From: Anaeramoeba ignava BMAN
Taxonomy: Eukaryota; Protista; Anaeramoebae
Assembly: GCA_028826165.1 (NCBI GenBank)
Contig: JAPDFW010000063.1
Span: 248,001-312,000 of the forward strand
Reading direction: 5' to 3'
DNA: 64,000 bases
Below, one piece after another: positions 23,848 to 35,211 of this stretch. Made by a program: the position numbers and the translations under genes. The notes beneath the pieces are model-generated. The model had not been told where the DNA came from. It was given only the letters and a program-made list of their open reading frames with translations, and did not search any database. Numbering within the stretch: the stretch's first letter is position 1; each line of letters opens with the position of its first letter.

Positions 23848-25596
23848 ATGAGAAAAAGATTAATTGCAATAATTTTAATTTGTATTTCTGCTATTTTGGT
23901 ATTTCCAATAGCTTGGAAAATGATGGAAATTTATAGAGCTTCATTTCCAAATTCAGAAATTAAAAAATTTAAAGAAATTTTAAATTCAACTTCAAATTCA
24001 AATTTAAATCAATTTATTTGGAATCCAAAAATTAGATTAATTTTTTTAAATCTGGAAAAAAACAACAATTGGAATCCAACAACAAATGAAGCATTAAAAA
24101 CGGAAGTTATGAATATTATCGATCAAAAACATTTAAAAAATGAATCAAAAATTAAATATGAATTATCATTTCATTATTTAGACTCAAAAACAGATTCAAA
24201 ATTAGATTCAAAAATCACTGAAGAATTACTTAACAATAAGGATGAAAATATAGATGATATTCTAAATGATATCACAAAGAATTATATTGACTCAGAAAAC
24301 AATAATTCATCATTTCCTGGTGTTTATACTTTATACATTTTGAATAGCAAATCCTTTAATTCCAACTCAAAAACTGATTTTTTTGCTATTGGAAAGTATA
24401 GGCATTGCTGGTTTTATTTAACAAAAGATATCCCACAAATTATTTCAAACACAAAAATATTTATCCAAATGATTGAATTGATTTTTGCAACGGATAAATT
24501 CATGGATATTCCGAATTATATCAAAAAATCAACAAATTACCATCTTTTATTCACTTTATTGGTTCAAAATACAGAGAAAGAGCAGCAAATAAAATGGGAT
24601 TTTGCGCAATACAAAAGATTATATTTCGAGCCAATATTGGATGTTTTATCAAATTTTGCAGATTTTTCAATTGAATCACAAATCAAGTATTATCCGAAAA
24701 TTGCAAGCAATTTAATTTACAAAAAAAATGAGAAAAGTTTAATTCATCCAAATCATCTTTCTCAACTTTTTAAACCTGGTGAATGGACATTAGAAACATT
24801 TGAGAAGAATGAAACAATTATTTCATTTCTGTTGTATATTCCAGATAAAGGTGATCAACCATTGAGTATTGATACAAAAGAAAAAGTGGATACATCATAT
24901 ATTATACCAGGATTTGGAGGAGTTGTATTTTACAATTCAGAAAATGAATTAAATGAATTAAATCAAAAAAATGAAGAAAATCAATTAAATCAAGAAAATC
25001 AATTAAATCAAGAAAATCAATTAAATCAATTAAATCTTTTACAATACCCTCTTCTTCACAATCAAATGAACCTCTTTATCCAACAAATTCGTATATTACT
25101 TGGTTTAGTTTCTTTAGAAAACTTCCCTTTATTTCACTCATCTAATCAACAAGCTTTTCTCTTTTATAAAGATGACTTAACTTTTTCACAATTAGAACTC
25201 GATTCATTCTTATATTCTCGACTTGAATACAACATGGTTACTGCAAAAGAATCACTTGTTTCTTTTTCAAATGTTGTTGACGAAGTGAAAAATATGATAG
25301 TTTCTGATGAAATGACTTCTTTTGTTAAGAATTCATTGGAATCAATTTTTCAATGTGAAAATCAAATCAAATTTGGAAATTATTTTCAAGCTTATAATCA
25401 TTCAAAAAATGCTTTAAGACAAAGTGAAAAAGCTTTATTTTATCCTTCAATTCTATCTTCTCTTTATTTCTCAAATGAAAATCAATGGGCAATTTATGCT
25501 TCTTATTTCCTTCCTGTTGTTTTTATGCTTTTTAGAATTGTTCGTTCTCAATATAAAATTTATCATCAAAAGAAAAATTCAAATCAATCAAATTAA
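23848..25596 (+). CDS. PIGS: GPI transamidase subunit PIG-S
   Basis: N-terminal TM then W...EIYRASFP; FSIESQIKYY; FLLYIP; IIPGFGGVVFYN; SEKALFYPSILSSLYFSNENQWAIYASYFLP followed by a C-terminal TM. Confidence 0.92.
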   Translation: MRKRLIAIILICISAILVFPIAWKMMEIYRASFPNSEIKKFKEILNSTSNSNLNQFIWNPKIRLIFLNLEKNNNWNPTTNEALKTEVMNIIDQKHLKNESKIKYELSFHYLDSKTDSKLDSKITEELLNNKDENIDDILNDITKNYIDSENNNSSFPGVYTLYILNSKSFNSNSKTDFFAIGKYRHCWFYLTKDIPQIISNTKIFIQMIELIFATDKFMDIPNYIKKSTNYHLLFTLLVQNTEKEQQIKWDFAQYKRLYFEPILDVLSNFADFSIESQIKYYPKIASNLIYKKNEKSLIHPNHLSQLFKPGEWTLETFEKNETIISFLLYIPDKGDQPLSIDTKEKVDTSYIIPGFGGVVFYNSENELNELNQKNEENQLNQENQLNQENQLNQLNLLQYPLLHNQMNLFIQQIRILLGLVSLENFPLFHSSNQQAFLFYKDDLTFSQLELDSFLYSRLEYNMVTAKESLVSFSNVVDEVKNMIVSDEMTSFVKNSLESIFQCENQIKFGNYFQAYNHSKNALRQSEKALFYPSILSSLYFSNENQWAIYASYFLPVVFMLFRIVRSQYKIYHQKKNSNQSN

Positions 25597-25730
25597 AATT
25601 TCTTTTCATTTTTTCTTCAATTCAATTTGAAAAAAAAAAAATCAATAAAAAAAATTTTTTTCATTTTTTTCTTTTTCCTTTTTTTGAATAATCAAAAAAA
25701 AATAATATAACAAATAAACACAAAAAAAAA

Positions 25731-27417
25731 ATGAATGAAAATTTAGATTTAAATAAACCAAATTGGGAATTAATTGAAAAATTAATTCATTTTTCAAATA
25801 AAAATTCAAATAAAAATTCAAATAAAAATTCAAATCAAAATTCAAATGAAAATTCAAATGAAAATTCAAATCAAAATTCAAATAAAAATTCAAATGAAAA
25901 TAATGATAATAAAAATTCAAATCAAAATTCAAATAAAAATTCAAATGAAAATAATCGTAATGAAAATAATGAAAATAAACAAGATGAAAATTTCTTTGAA
26001 ATTTTACCGATTGAAAGTTAATAATTTAATTTCAAATTTACTTTTCAAAAATCAAAAAAAAAAAATTGATTTCTGTTTAAATTTTCAATTATTTAGTAAT
26101 TTTAAATATTTTTTCTTGGATTGAATTACCTTTCTTTTTGGGAATTTTGTCATCAACTTGTCAACAATTTAATCGAATTGCAAATGATTGGGAGTTATGG
26201 AGGAAAATATTAAGAGATAATTCTTCAAATCTTGATTTTAAAAAATTAATAATTTCATATAGAACTGAAACAATATTTGGATCAGGTTCAATTGGTTTAA
26301 TAGATTATTATAATAAATGTAAATCGAAAATGAAAATGAAAATTAAAATGAAAATTTAAATCTAAATTAAAATCTAAATTAAAAAACCAAAGTTGATAAT
26401 TCCAATAATAATATTATAAAAGATGAAAAACGAAAACAAAAATTTGAAAATGATCCAAAAAAAGTGTTTGTAGATCAAATTGATAAATATCGAGAATCAA
26501 GAGAAAAACTAAGAAAATATCAAAAAAAAAGACAAATAAGTGATAAAGCAAAGCAAATTGAGCATATGCTTTATAGACCATATTTAAAAACAATATCTTT
26601 TTTATGTGAATTACCAGTTACAATTCTTCTTATTGCTTTAAAATTACAATTTGGATTCAAAATAAGATGGATTGTATTAATGATTCCTTTTTTATTTGCT
26701 TTAATTGTGACATTTTTCGCACTTATTCTTAATTTTCTTAAAACAATTCACTTGCAAAATGAAGAAACATTTTTATTCCAAGGATTTATTGTTTGTTTCT
26801 TTATGTTTATGATTTATATTCTTCTTTTTATTCTTAATCTGGATAATATGATCCAAATCAGTCATTTTATTGTTTGCATTCCGTTTTTATTTCTGATTTT
26901 TTTTCTATTTAAAACGATGAAAAAAATTTATCAAATTGAATTGCATGAAAACGAACTATCAAATCAATTATCAATCGAATACACAAATTTCGAACCGAAT
27001 CCACCTCCAAATTTTCTTGATGATTCTTTGCTTTTATTCAATGCATTGAATTATTGTGTTCTTTTTCTATCTACACAAGTTTTAGCAACAATCAAGATTG
27101 AAAATTGGTTTGGATTTTCAAGTATTTCTTGGTTTGCAGTGTTTTTTCCCATTTACGTATCTGATTTCCTTCCGTTTATTATTTATTTGATAATTAGATT
27201 TGTTTTCTATGACAAATTTCAAGACTATTTGACTGCTGATACTCTTGTAATGAGTCTTGGATTGGTTCTTTTTGGTTGTTGTTTCTTTATTTCTGAATTG
27301 ATGATTCAACGGAATTTAGATGGTTCTTCTGTTTCTTGGTTTGTTGTTTTTTCTCCAATCGCTTTACCTTCTTTGGGGTTTACTTTTTTGAGTTTTTGGT
27401 TTCGAAAGAATTTATAA
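25731..27417 (+). CDS. F-box protein fused to a TMEM185-like multipass membrane domain; 3 exons
   Basis: Splicing gives FFEILPIE|IILNIFSWIELPFFLGILSSTCQQFNRIANDWELWRKI (F-box). The C-half has four LKLD/NLD..SW..V..P helical-hairpin repeats. Confidence 0.75.
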
Positions 27418-28225
27418 ATTTTTTTTTTTTTTTGAATTTGAATAAAATTTGATTAAAATTAATAAAATAATTTAATTAGATTTAATTTAAATAATAAATT
27501 TAATAAAGAATTTAATTAGATTTAATTAATAAAATAATTTAATTAGATTTAATTTTAAAAATTGATTAAAAAAAAAGTGGAATAAATTTAATTAGATTTA
27601 ATTAATAAATTTAATTAGGTTTAATTAGATTTAATTATGAATTTAATTAATGAATTTGATTAGATTTAAATAATGAATTTGATTAGATTTAAATAGATTT
27701 AATTAATGAATTTAATTAGATTTAATTAATGAATTTAATTAGATTTAATTTTAAAAATTGATTAAAAAAAAAGTGGAATAAATTTAATAAAGAATTTAAT
27801 TAGATTTAATTAGATTTAAATAATAAATTTTAATAAAGAATTTAATTAGATTTAAATAATGAATTTAATTTGATTTAATTTTGAAAATTGATTAAAAAAA
27901 AGTGGAATAAATTTAAATAATAAATTTAAATAGATTTAATTAGATTTAATTAATGAATTTAATTAGATTTAATTAATGAATTTGATTAGATTTAATTGTT
28001 TTATTTTTTTGCTTTTTTTTTTTTTGATCAAATAGATCGTACCCCCAAAATTAATAAATAAAATTAATAAATTGATAAATTAATTAAAATTAATAAAATA
28101 ATAAATTAAATTAAAATTACAATTAAAAACTTTTTTGGAATTGATCTAAAAAGGGGTTAAATTGAATTAAAAAAATTTTTAAAAAATTCATTTTTCATTT
28201 TTTTTTTCATTTTGATTTAATTAAA

Positions 28226-30910
28226 ATGACAACTTATAAAGCAGAAAAAATTTATGAAAATGTTCATTGGGTTGGTGCACTTGATCCAGATTTAAGAGTT
28301 TTTGATATTGTAATGTTTACACCTTACGGAACAACATACAATGCATTTCTTATTGAAGGAAAAGAAAAAGTAGCACTTATTGAAACAGTTAAAAACAAAA
28401 AGGAATTTTATGATCAAATGATTTCTCGAATTGATAGTGTACTTTCTAAAGATAAGAAAATAGATTATTTTATTCACAATCACACAGAACCAGATCATTC
28501 AGGAGGCTCTTATAAACTTTTAAAAGAACGTTATCCAGAAGCAAAAATTATTGGAACACTTCCCGCTTTGAATAACTTGAAAAACATTGCAAATTCAAAT
28601 GATTTTGAAACAATCGAAGCAAATAATGATCTTAAAATAGATTTGGGGGGATTAACACTTAATTTTATTATTGCTCCTTTTTTACATTGGCCAGATTCAA
28701 TGTTTACTTATTGTTCTGAATTAAAAGCTCTTTTTACTTGTGATTTTTTTGGAGCTCATTTTAATTGTCCTCAAGTATTTAATGATTTAATTAATAATCC
28801 AAAAGATATTGATAATTTATGGGAAGCAACAAAATATTATTTTGATACAATTTTTGGTCCATTCAAAAAATATGTAAATCAAGGTTTAGATTCAATTCAA
28901 AATTTAGAAATTCAAACAATTTGTTGTTCTCATGGTCCTGTATTAAGAAAAGATATAGAGAAATACAAGAATTTATATCGAGAATGGGCAAAGGAAAAAA
29001 ATGTAGAAAAGAAAATTGTTATTGCTTATGTTTCTGCTTATGGATATACAGAAGAAATGGCTAATTCTATCAAAAAAGGAATGGAAAAATCAAATGAAAT
29101 TCCTGTTGAAATGTATGATCTTCTCAAAGAAGATAAAGCAAAAGTAATTGAAGCAATAGATACAGCAGAAGGAATAGTTTTTGGCACACCAACAATTATT
29201 AGTGAAGCACTTCCACCAATTTGGGATCTTGCATTACATTTAAACGCAACAACACATAGTGGTCGTTATTCAGCTGTTTTTGGATCTTATGGTTGGTCTG
29301 GTGAAGGTCCTTTAAATATTGACCAAAGACTTCGTCAAGCTAGATTGGAAACACCTATTGAACCACTTAGAATTATGTTTAAACCCTCAGAAAAAGATTT
29401 AGAAGATTGTGAAAATTGGGGAAATAAATTTGTGAGAATTATGAAAGGTGAAAAATTTGAACCACGTAATGATTTAAACCGAAAAAGAAGAACAAGATCA
29501 TCACGAAATGGAATTCTTGATAATACTCCTAAAAGATGGAAATGTCTTGTTTGTGGAGAAATTGTTATTTCAGCAAATGTACCTGAAATATGTCCTGTTT
29601 GTGGTGCAGGTGCAGAAGCATTTATGCTTCTTGATGATATTAAAGAAACTACAAAACCAGAAGAAACTTCTTTTGAAGGAACAATTGTTGTTATTGGTGC
29701 TGGAGGAGCTGGTATTGAAGCTGTTAAATCAATACGTGAAAGAAACAAGAAATGCAAAGTTATTTTGATTAATGGTGAAGAATTCAAACCCTATTATAGA
29801 CCAAGTCTTACTCGTGCACTTGCAGATACTTCTCTTCTTGATAGTGAGAAATTCTATATTTTCACTGATAAATTTGCAGATGAAAATAATGTTCAAATTC
29901 TTCATAATAAAATTGTTATTGATATTGAAGTTGAGAATAAAAATGTTGTTATTAAAGATCAAAAAGAAAAAATCCATTTCGATAAATTAATCATTGCAAC
30001 TGGTGGTAATAATTTCTGTCCTTTCAAACAAAAACCAGAAGATTTTAGTAATGTTTTTGGGGTAAGGAAACTATCTGATGTAACAATGATTAAACAAGAA
30101 GTTGATAAATTGAAAAAAACAAAAGAAGAAAACAAAAAATTACAAGCTTGTGTAATTGGAGGAGGACTTTTAGGAATTGAAGCAGCAGAAGCACTTATTG
30201 AACTTGGTTTAGGAGTTGATCTTGTTGAAGTTATGCCAAGAATTTTACCAAGACAACTTGATCAAGAAGGATCACTTTTATTTCAAAAAATTTTAACAGA
30301 AAAAGGAATTCGACTTTTGCTTGGAGTATCAGTTAATGAACTTATTGTTGATGGAGATAGAGCAACAGGAGTTTTATTTAAAGATTCAAAACCTGAGAAA
30401 GTTTCATGTGATCTTGTGATATTTGCTATTGGAGTTAGAGCAGAGATTTCATTAGGAATGAAAATTGGATTAAAAACAAATCGAGGAATAATTGTTGATA
30501 CAAAAATGGAAAGTTCAATTAAAGATATTTATGCTTGTGGAGATTGTGCTGAATGTGGTTCACCAGTTATACAAAATTGGACAAATGCTATTGATCAAGG
30601 CAGAATTGCTGGTCTTTCTTCTGTTGGTGTTACTGATGCTGAATTTAAACGAGTTGCTACTCCTTATGCTCTTTTTGTTTTTAATTCAAGTGTTTTTAGT
30701 GTTGGTTTAATTCCTTCTGATAATTCTGATCCTTCTCTTTCTATTCTTTCTTTAAATAAGAATTCTTCAAATGTTTATCTCAAATTATTTTTTATCAATG
30801 ATATTCTTATTGCTGGTATTGTTATTGGAGATACTGCTCTTGGTATTCAAGTTCAAGATGCAGTTGAAGCTAAATCTACTTATCAAGAAACTATTGAACA
30901 ATTTTTCTAA
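28226..30910 (+). CDS. Class F flavodiiron protein (MBL diiron + flavodoxin + short rubredoxin + NADH:rubredoxin oxidoreductase), copy 1
   Basis: NHTEPDHSG, LHWPD, CDFFG and SHGP ligands; SAYGYT and FGSYGWSGE (flavodoxin); CLVC-x12-CPVC; GAGGAG, GGGLLGIE and YACGDCAE. Confidence 0.93.
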   Translation: MTTYKAEKIYENVHWVGALDPDLRVFDIVMFTPYGTTYNAFLIEGKEKVALIETVKNKKEFYDQMISRIDSVLSKDKKIDYFIHNHTEPDHSGGSYKLLKERYPEAKIIGTLPALNNLKNIANSNDFETIEANNDLKIDLGGLTLNFIIAPFLHWPDSMFTYCSELKALFTCDFFGAHFNCPQVFNDLINNPKDIDNLWEATKYYFDTIFGPFKKYVNQGLDSIQNLEIQTICCSHGPVLRKDIEKYKNLYREWAKEKNVEKKIVIAYVSAYGYTEEMANSIKKGMEKSNEIPVEMYDLLKEDKAKVIEAIDTAEGIVFGTPTIISEALPPIWDLALHLNATTHSGRYSAVFGSYGWSGEGPLNIDQRLRQARLETPIEPLRIMFKPSEKDLEDCENWGNKFVRIMKGEKFEPRNDLNRKRRTRSSRNGILDNTPKRWKCLVCGEIVISANVPEICPVCGAGAEAFMLLDDIKETTKPEETSFEGTIVVIGAGGAGIEAVKSIRERNKKCKVILINGEEFKPYYRPSLTRALADTSLLDSEKFYIFTDKFADENNVQILHNKIVIDIEVENKNVVIKDQKEKIHFDKLIIATGGNNFCPFKQKPEDFSNVFGVRKLSDVTMIKQEVDKLKKTKEENKKLQACVIGGGLLGIEAAEALIELGLGVDLVEVMPRILPRQLDQEGSLLFQKILTEKGIRLLLGVSVNELIVDGDRATGVLFKDSKPEKVSCDLVIFAIGVRAEISLGMKIGLKTNRGIIVDTKMESSIKDIYACGDCAECGSPVIQNWTNAIDQGRIAGLSSVGVTDAEFKRVATPYALFVFNSSVFSVGLIPSDNSDPSLSILSLNKNSSNVYLKLFFINDILIAGIVIGDTALGIQVQDAVEAKSTYQETIEQFF

Positions 30911-31430
30911 TTTAAAATCAAAAATCAAAATTTAAATTAAAATCAAAATTAAAATTAAAATCAAAATCAAAATCAAAATTAAAATCAAAATCAAAATCAA
31001 AATCAAAATTAAAATCAAAATCAAAATCAAAATCAAAATCAAAATTCAAAATTAAAATCAAAATTAAAATCAAAATTAAAATTAAAATTAAAATCAAAAT
31101 CAAAATCAAAATCAAAATCAAAATTAAAATCAAAATCAAAATCAAAATTAAAATTCAAAATCAAAATTTAAAATTAAAATCAAAAATCAAAATTTAAAAT
31201 CAAAATCAATATCAAAATTAAAATCAAAATCAAAATCAAAATCAAAATCAAAATTAAAATTAAAATCAAAATCAAAATTAAAATTAAAATTAAAATCAAA
31301 ATCAAAATCAAAATCAAAATTAAAATCAAAATTAAATTCAAAATTAAATTCAAAATTAAAATCAAATTCAAAATTAAAATCAAAATCAAAATCAAAATCA
31401 AAATCAAAATTAAAATTAAAATTAAAATTG
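30911..31430 (+). repeat. (AAAATC/AAAATT)n satellite downstream of FDP copy 1 (counterpart at 34668-35130)
   Basis: Tandem hexamers starting right after the stop codon in both copies. Confidence 0.9.
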
Positions 31431-31750
31431 AAAAATCTTTTTCTTTTCCTTTATTGAAAAATGAGGAACAAAAAATAAAAGAAAAAGAGAGAAAAAAAGT
31501 TTTTAATTTTTAATTTTGATTTGTTTTTTGATTTGTTTCTTCATTTGTTTTTTCTTTATAATGATAATTAAGATTCTTATTATGATGAAAAGATGTATTA
31601 GATTGACTAATTATATCTCTAATAAGATCTAATGTTTGTTGATGAATTGGAAATTTTAATTGAATTAAAATTTTTGAAATTTCATTAATTTTTTCTTTTG
31701 AATTTTTGATATACTTAAAAATTAAACAATTTGAAGCAAAATTAAAATTA
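31430..31750 (-). pseudogene. Duplicated 3' fragment of the last VPS13 exon
   Basis: Near-identical to 35130-35450 (FASNCLIFKYIKNSKEK...QKTNQN*), truncated at AAAATTAAAAT. Confidence 0.85.
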
Positions 31751-31982
31751 AAATTAAAATTCAATCAATGAAAAAATAAATTAAAATCGAAACCCCGTTT
31801 TTGATCTTTTTAGAATTATTTTAAATTGAATTAAAATTAAAAACTTTTTTGGATTTGATCTAAAGAGGGATTAAATGGAAGTAGAAAATTTTAAGAAAAA
31901 TTTTAGTTGTTTTCTTTTTCATTTTTATCTTTTGATTTTTTTCATTTTGATTAAAATTTTTTTTCATTTTGATTTAATTAAA

Positions 31983-34667
31983 ATGACAACTTATAAAGCA
32001 GAAAAAATTTATGAAAATGTTCATTGGGTTGGTGCACTTGATCCAGATGTAAGAATTTTTGATATTGTAATGCTTGCACCTTACGGAACAACATACAATG
32101 CATTTCTTATTGAAGGAAAAGAAAAAGTAGCACTTATTGAAACAGTTAAAAACAAAAAGGAATTTTATGATCAAATGATTTCTCGAATTGATAGTGTACT
32201 TTCTAAAGATAAGAAAATAGATTATTTTATTCACAATCACACAGAACCAGATCACTCAGGAGGCTTTTATCAACTTTTAAAAGAACGTTATCCAGAAGCA
32301 AAAATTATTGGAACACTTCCTGGTTTGAATAACTTGAAAAACATGGCAAATTCAAATGATTTTGAAACAATCGAAGCAAATAATGATCTTAAAATAGATT
32401 TGGGGGGATTAACACTTAATTTTATTATTGCTCCTTTTTTACATTGGCCAGATTCAATGTTTACTTATTGTTCTGAATTAAAAGCTCTTTTTACTTGTGA
32501 TTTTTTTGGAGCTCATTTTAATTGTCCTCAAGTATTTAATGATTTAATTAATGATCCAAAAGATATTGATAATTTATGGGAAGCAACAAAATATTATTTT
32601 GATACAATTTTTGGTCCATTCAAAAAATATGTAAATCAAGGTTTAGATTCAATTCAAAATTTAGAAATTCAAACAATTTGTTGTTCTCATGGTCCTGTAT
32701 TAAGAAAAGATATAGAGAAATACAAGAATTTATATCGAGAATGGGCAAAGGAAAAAAATGTAGAAAAGAAAATTGTTATTGCTTATGTTTCTGCTTATGG
32801 ATATACAGAAGAAATGGCTAATGCTATCAAAAAAGGAATGGAAAAATCAAATGAAATTCCTGTTGAAATGTATGATCTTCTCAAAGAAGATAAATCAAAA
32901 GTAATTGAAGCAATAGATACAGCAGAAGGAATAGTTTTTGGCACACCAACAATTATTAGTGAAGCACTTCCACCAATTTGGGATCTTGCATTACATTTAA
33001 ACGCAACAACACATAGTGGTCGTTATTCAGCTGTTTTTGGATCTTATGGTTGGTCTGGTGAAGGTCCTTTAAATATTGATCAAAGACTTCGTCAAGCTAG
33101 ATTGGAAACACCTATTGAACCACTTAGAATTATGTTTAAACCTTCAGAAAAAGATTTAGAAGATTGTGAAAATTGGGGAAATAAATTTGTGAGAATTATG
33201 AAAGGTGAAAAATTTGAACCACGTAATGATTTAAACCGAAAAAGAAGAACAAGATCATCACGAAATGGAATTCTTGATAATACTCCCAAAAGATGGAAAT
33301 GCCTTGTTTGTGGAGAAATTGTTATTTCAGCAAATGTACCTGAAATATGTCCTGTTTGTGGTGCAGGTGCAGAAGCATTTATGCTTCTTGATGATATTAA
33401 AGAAACTACAAAACCAGAAGAGACTTCTTTTGAAGGAACAATTGTTGTTATTGGTGCTGGAGGAGCTGGTATTGAAGCTGTTAAATCAATACGTGAAAGA
33501 AACAAGAAATGTAAAGTTATTTTGATTAATGGTGAAGAATTCAAACCTTATTATAGACCAAGTCTTACTCGTGCACTTGCAGATACTTCTCTTCTTGATA
33601 GTGAGAAATTCTATATTTTCACTGATAAATTTGCAGATGAAAATAATGTTCAAATTCTTCATAATAAAATTGTTATTGATATTGAAGTTGAAAATAAAAA
33701 TGTTGTTATTAAAGATCAAAAAGAAAAAATTCATTTCGATAAATTAATCATTGCAACTGGTGGTAATAATTTCTGTCCTTTCAAACAAAAACCAGAAGAT
33801 TTTAGTAATGTTTTTGGGGTAAGGAAGTTATCTGATGTAACAATGATTAAACAAGAAGTTGATAAATTGAAAAAAACAAAAGAAGAAAACAAAAAATTAC
33901 AAGCTTGTGTAATTGGAGGAGGACTTTTAGGAATTGAAGCAGCAGAAGCACTTATTGAACTTGGTTTAGGAGTTGATCTTGTTGAAGTTATGCCAAGAAT
34001 TTTACCAAGACAACTTGATCAAGAAGGATCACTTTTATTTCAAAAAATTTTAACAGAAAAAGGAATTCGACTTTTACTTGGAGTATCAGTTAATGAACTT
34101 ATTGTTGATGGAGATAGAGCAACAGGAGTTTTATTTAAAGATTCAAAACCTGAGAAAGTTTCATGTGATCTTGCGATATTTGCTATTGGAGTTAGAGCAG
34201 AGATTTCATTAGGAATGAAAATTGGATTAAAAACAAATCGAGGAATAATTGTTGATACAAAAATGGAAAGTTCAATTAAAGATATTTATGCTTGTGGAGA
34301 TTGTGCTGAATGTGGTTCACCAGTTATACAAAACTGGACAAATGCTATTGATCAAGGTAGAATTGCTGGTCTTTCTTCTGTTGGTGTTACTGATGCTGAA
34401 TTTAAACGAGTTGCTACTCCTTATGCTCTTTTTGTTTTTAATTCAAGTGTTTTTAGTGTTGGTTTAATTCCTTCTGATAATTCTGATCCTTCTCTTTCTG
34501 TTCTTTCTTTAAATAAGAATTCTTCAAATGTTTATCTCAAATTATTTTTTATCAATGATATTCTTATTGCTGGTATTGTTATTGGAGATACTGCTCTTGG
34601 TATTCAAGTTCAAGATGCAGTTGAAGCTAAATTTACTTATCAAGAAACTATTGAACAATTTTTCTAA
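31983..34667 (+). CDS. Class F flavodiiron protein, copy 2
   Basis: Same 894-aa architecture as copy 1 with about 14 aa differences; ATG context identical to copy 1. Confidence 0.93.
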   Translation: MTTYKAEKIYENVHWVGALDPDVRIFDIVMLAPYGTTYNAFLIEGKEKVALIETVKNKKEFYDQMISRIDSVLSKDKKIDYFIHNHTEPDHSGGFYQLLKERYPEAKIIGTLPGLNNLKNMANSNDFETIEANNDLKIDLGGLTLNFIIAPFLHWPDSMFTYCSELKALFTCDFFGAHFNCPQVFNDLINDPKDIDNLWEATKYYFDTIFGPFKKYVNQGLDSIQNLEIQTICCSHGPVLRKDIEKYKNLYREWAKEKNVEKKIVIAYVSAYGYTEEMANAIKKGMEKSNEIPVEMYDLLKEDKSKVIEAIDTAEGIVFGTPTIISEALPPIWDLALHLNATTHSGRYSAVFGSYGWSGEGPLNIDQRLRQARLETPIEPLRIMFKPSEKDLEDCENWGNKFVRIMKGEKFEPRNDLNRKRRTRSSRNGILDNTPKRWKCLVCGEIVISANVPEICPVCGAGAEAFMLLDDIKETTKPEETSFEGTIVVIGAGGAGIEAVKSIRERNKKCKVILINGEEFKPYYRPSLTRALADTSLLDSEKFYIFTDKFADENNVQILHNKIVIDIEVENKNVVIKDQKEKIHFDKLIIATGGNNFCPFKQKPEDFSNVFGVRKLSDVTMIKQEVDKLKKTKEENKKLQACVIGGGLLGIEAAEALIELGLGVDLVEVMPRILPRQLDQEGSLLFQKILTEKGIRLLLGVSVNELIVDGDRATGVLFKDSKPEKVSCDLAIFAIGVRAEISLGMKIGLKTNRGIIVDTKMESSIKDIYACGDCAECGSPVIQNWTNAIDQGRIAGLSSVGVTDAEFKRVATPYALFVFNSSVFSVGLIPSDNSDPSLSVLSLNKNSSNVYLKLFFINDILIAGIVIGDTALGIQVQDAVEAKFTYQETIEQFF

Positions 34668-35211
34668 TTTAAAATCAAAATCAAAATCAAAATTAAAATT
34701 AAAATCAAAATTTAAATTAAAATCAAAATCAAAATCAAAATCAAAATCTAAATCAAAATCAAAATCAAAATCAAAATTAAAATTAAAATTAAAATCAAAA
34801 TCAAAATTTAAAATTAAAATCAAAATCAAAATCAAAATCAAAATCAAAATTAAATTCAAAATCAAAATCAAAATTAAAATCAAAATCAAAATCAAAATCA
34901 AAATTAAAATCAAATTCAAAATCAAAATCAAAATTAAAATCAAAATTAAATTAAAATCAAAATCAAAATCAAAATCAAAATTAAAATTAAAATTCAAAAT
35001 TAAAATCAAAATTAAAATCAAAATCAAAATCAAAATCAAAATTAAAATTAAAATCAAAATCAATCAAAATTAAAATTAAAATTAAAATTAATATTAAAAT
35101 CAAAATCAAAATCAAAATCAAAATTAAAATTGAAAAATCTTTTTCTTTTCCTTTATTGAAAAATGAGGAACAAAAAATAAAAGAAAAAGAGAAAAAAAAA
35201 GTTTTTAATTT

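Noticed and set aside
31875-31982. 36-aa hydrophobic N-terminal extension of FDP copy 2
   Set aside because: Absent in copy 1; T-rich promoter sequence with initiator-like motifs lies downstream of that ATG. 5' RACE would settle it.
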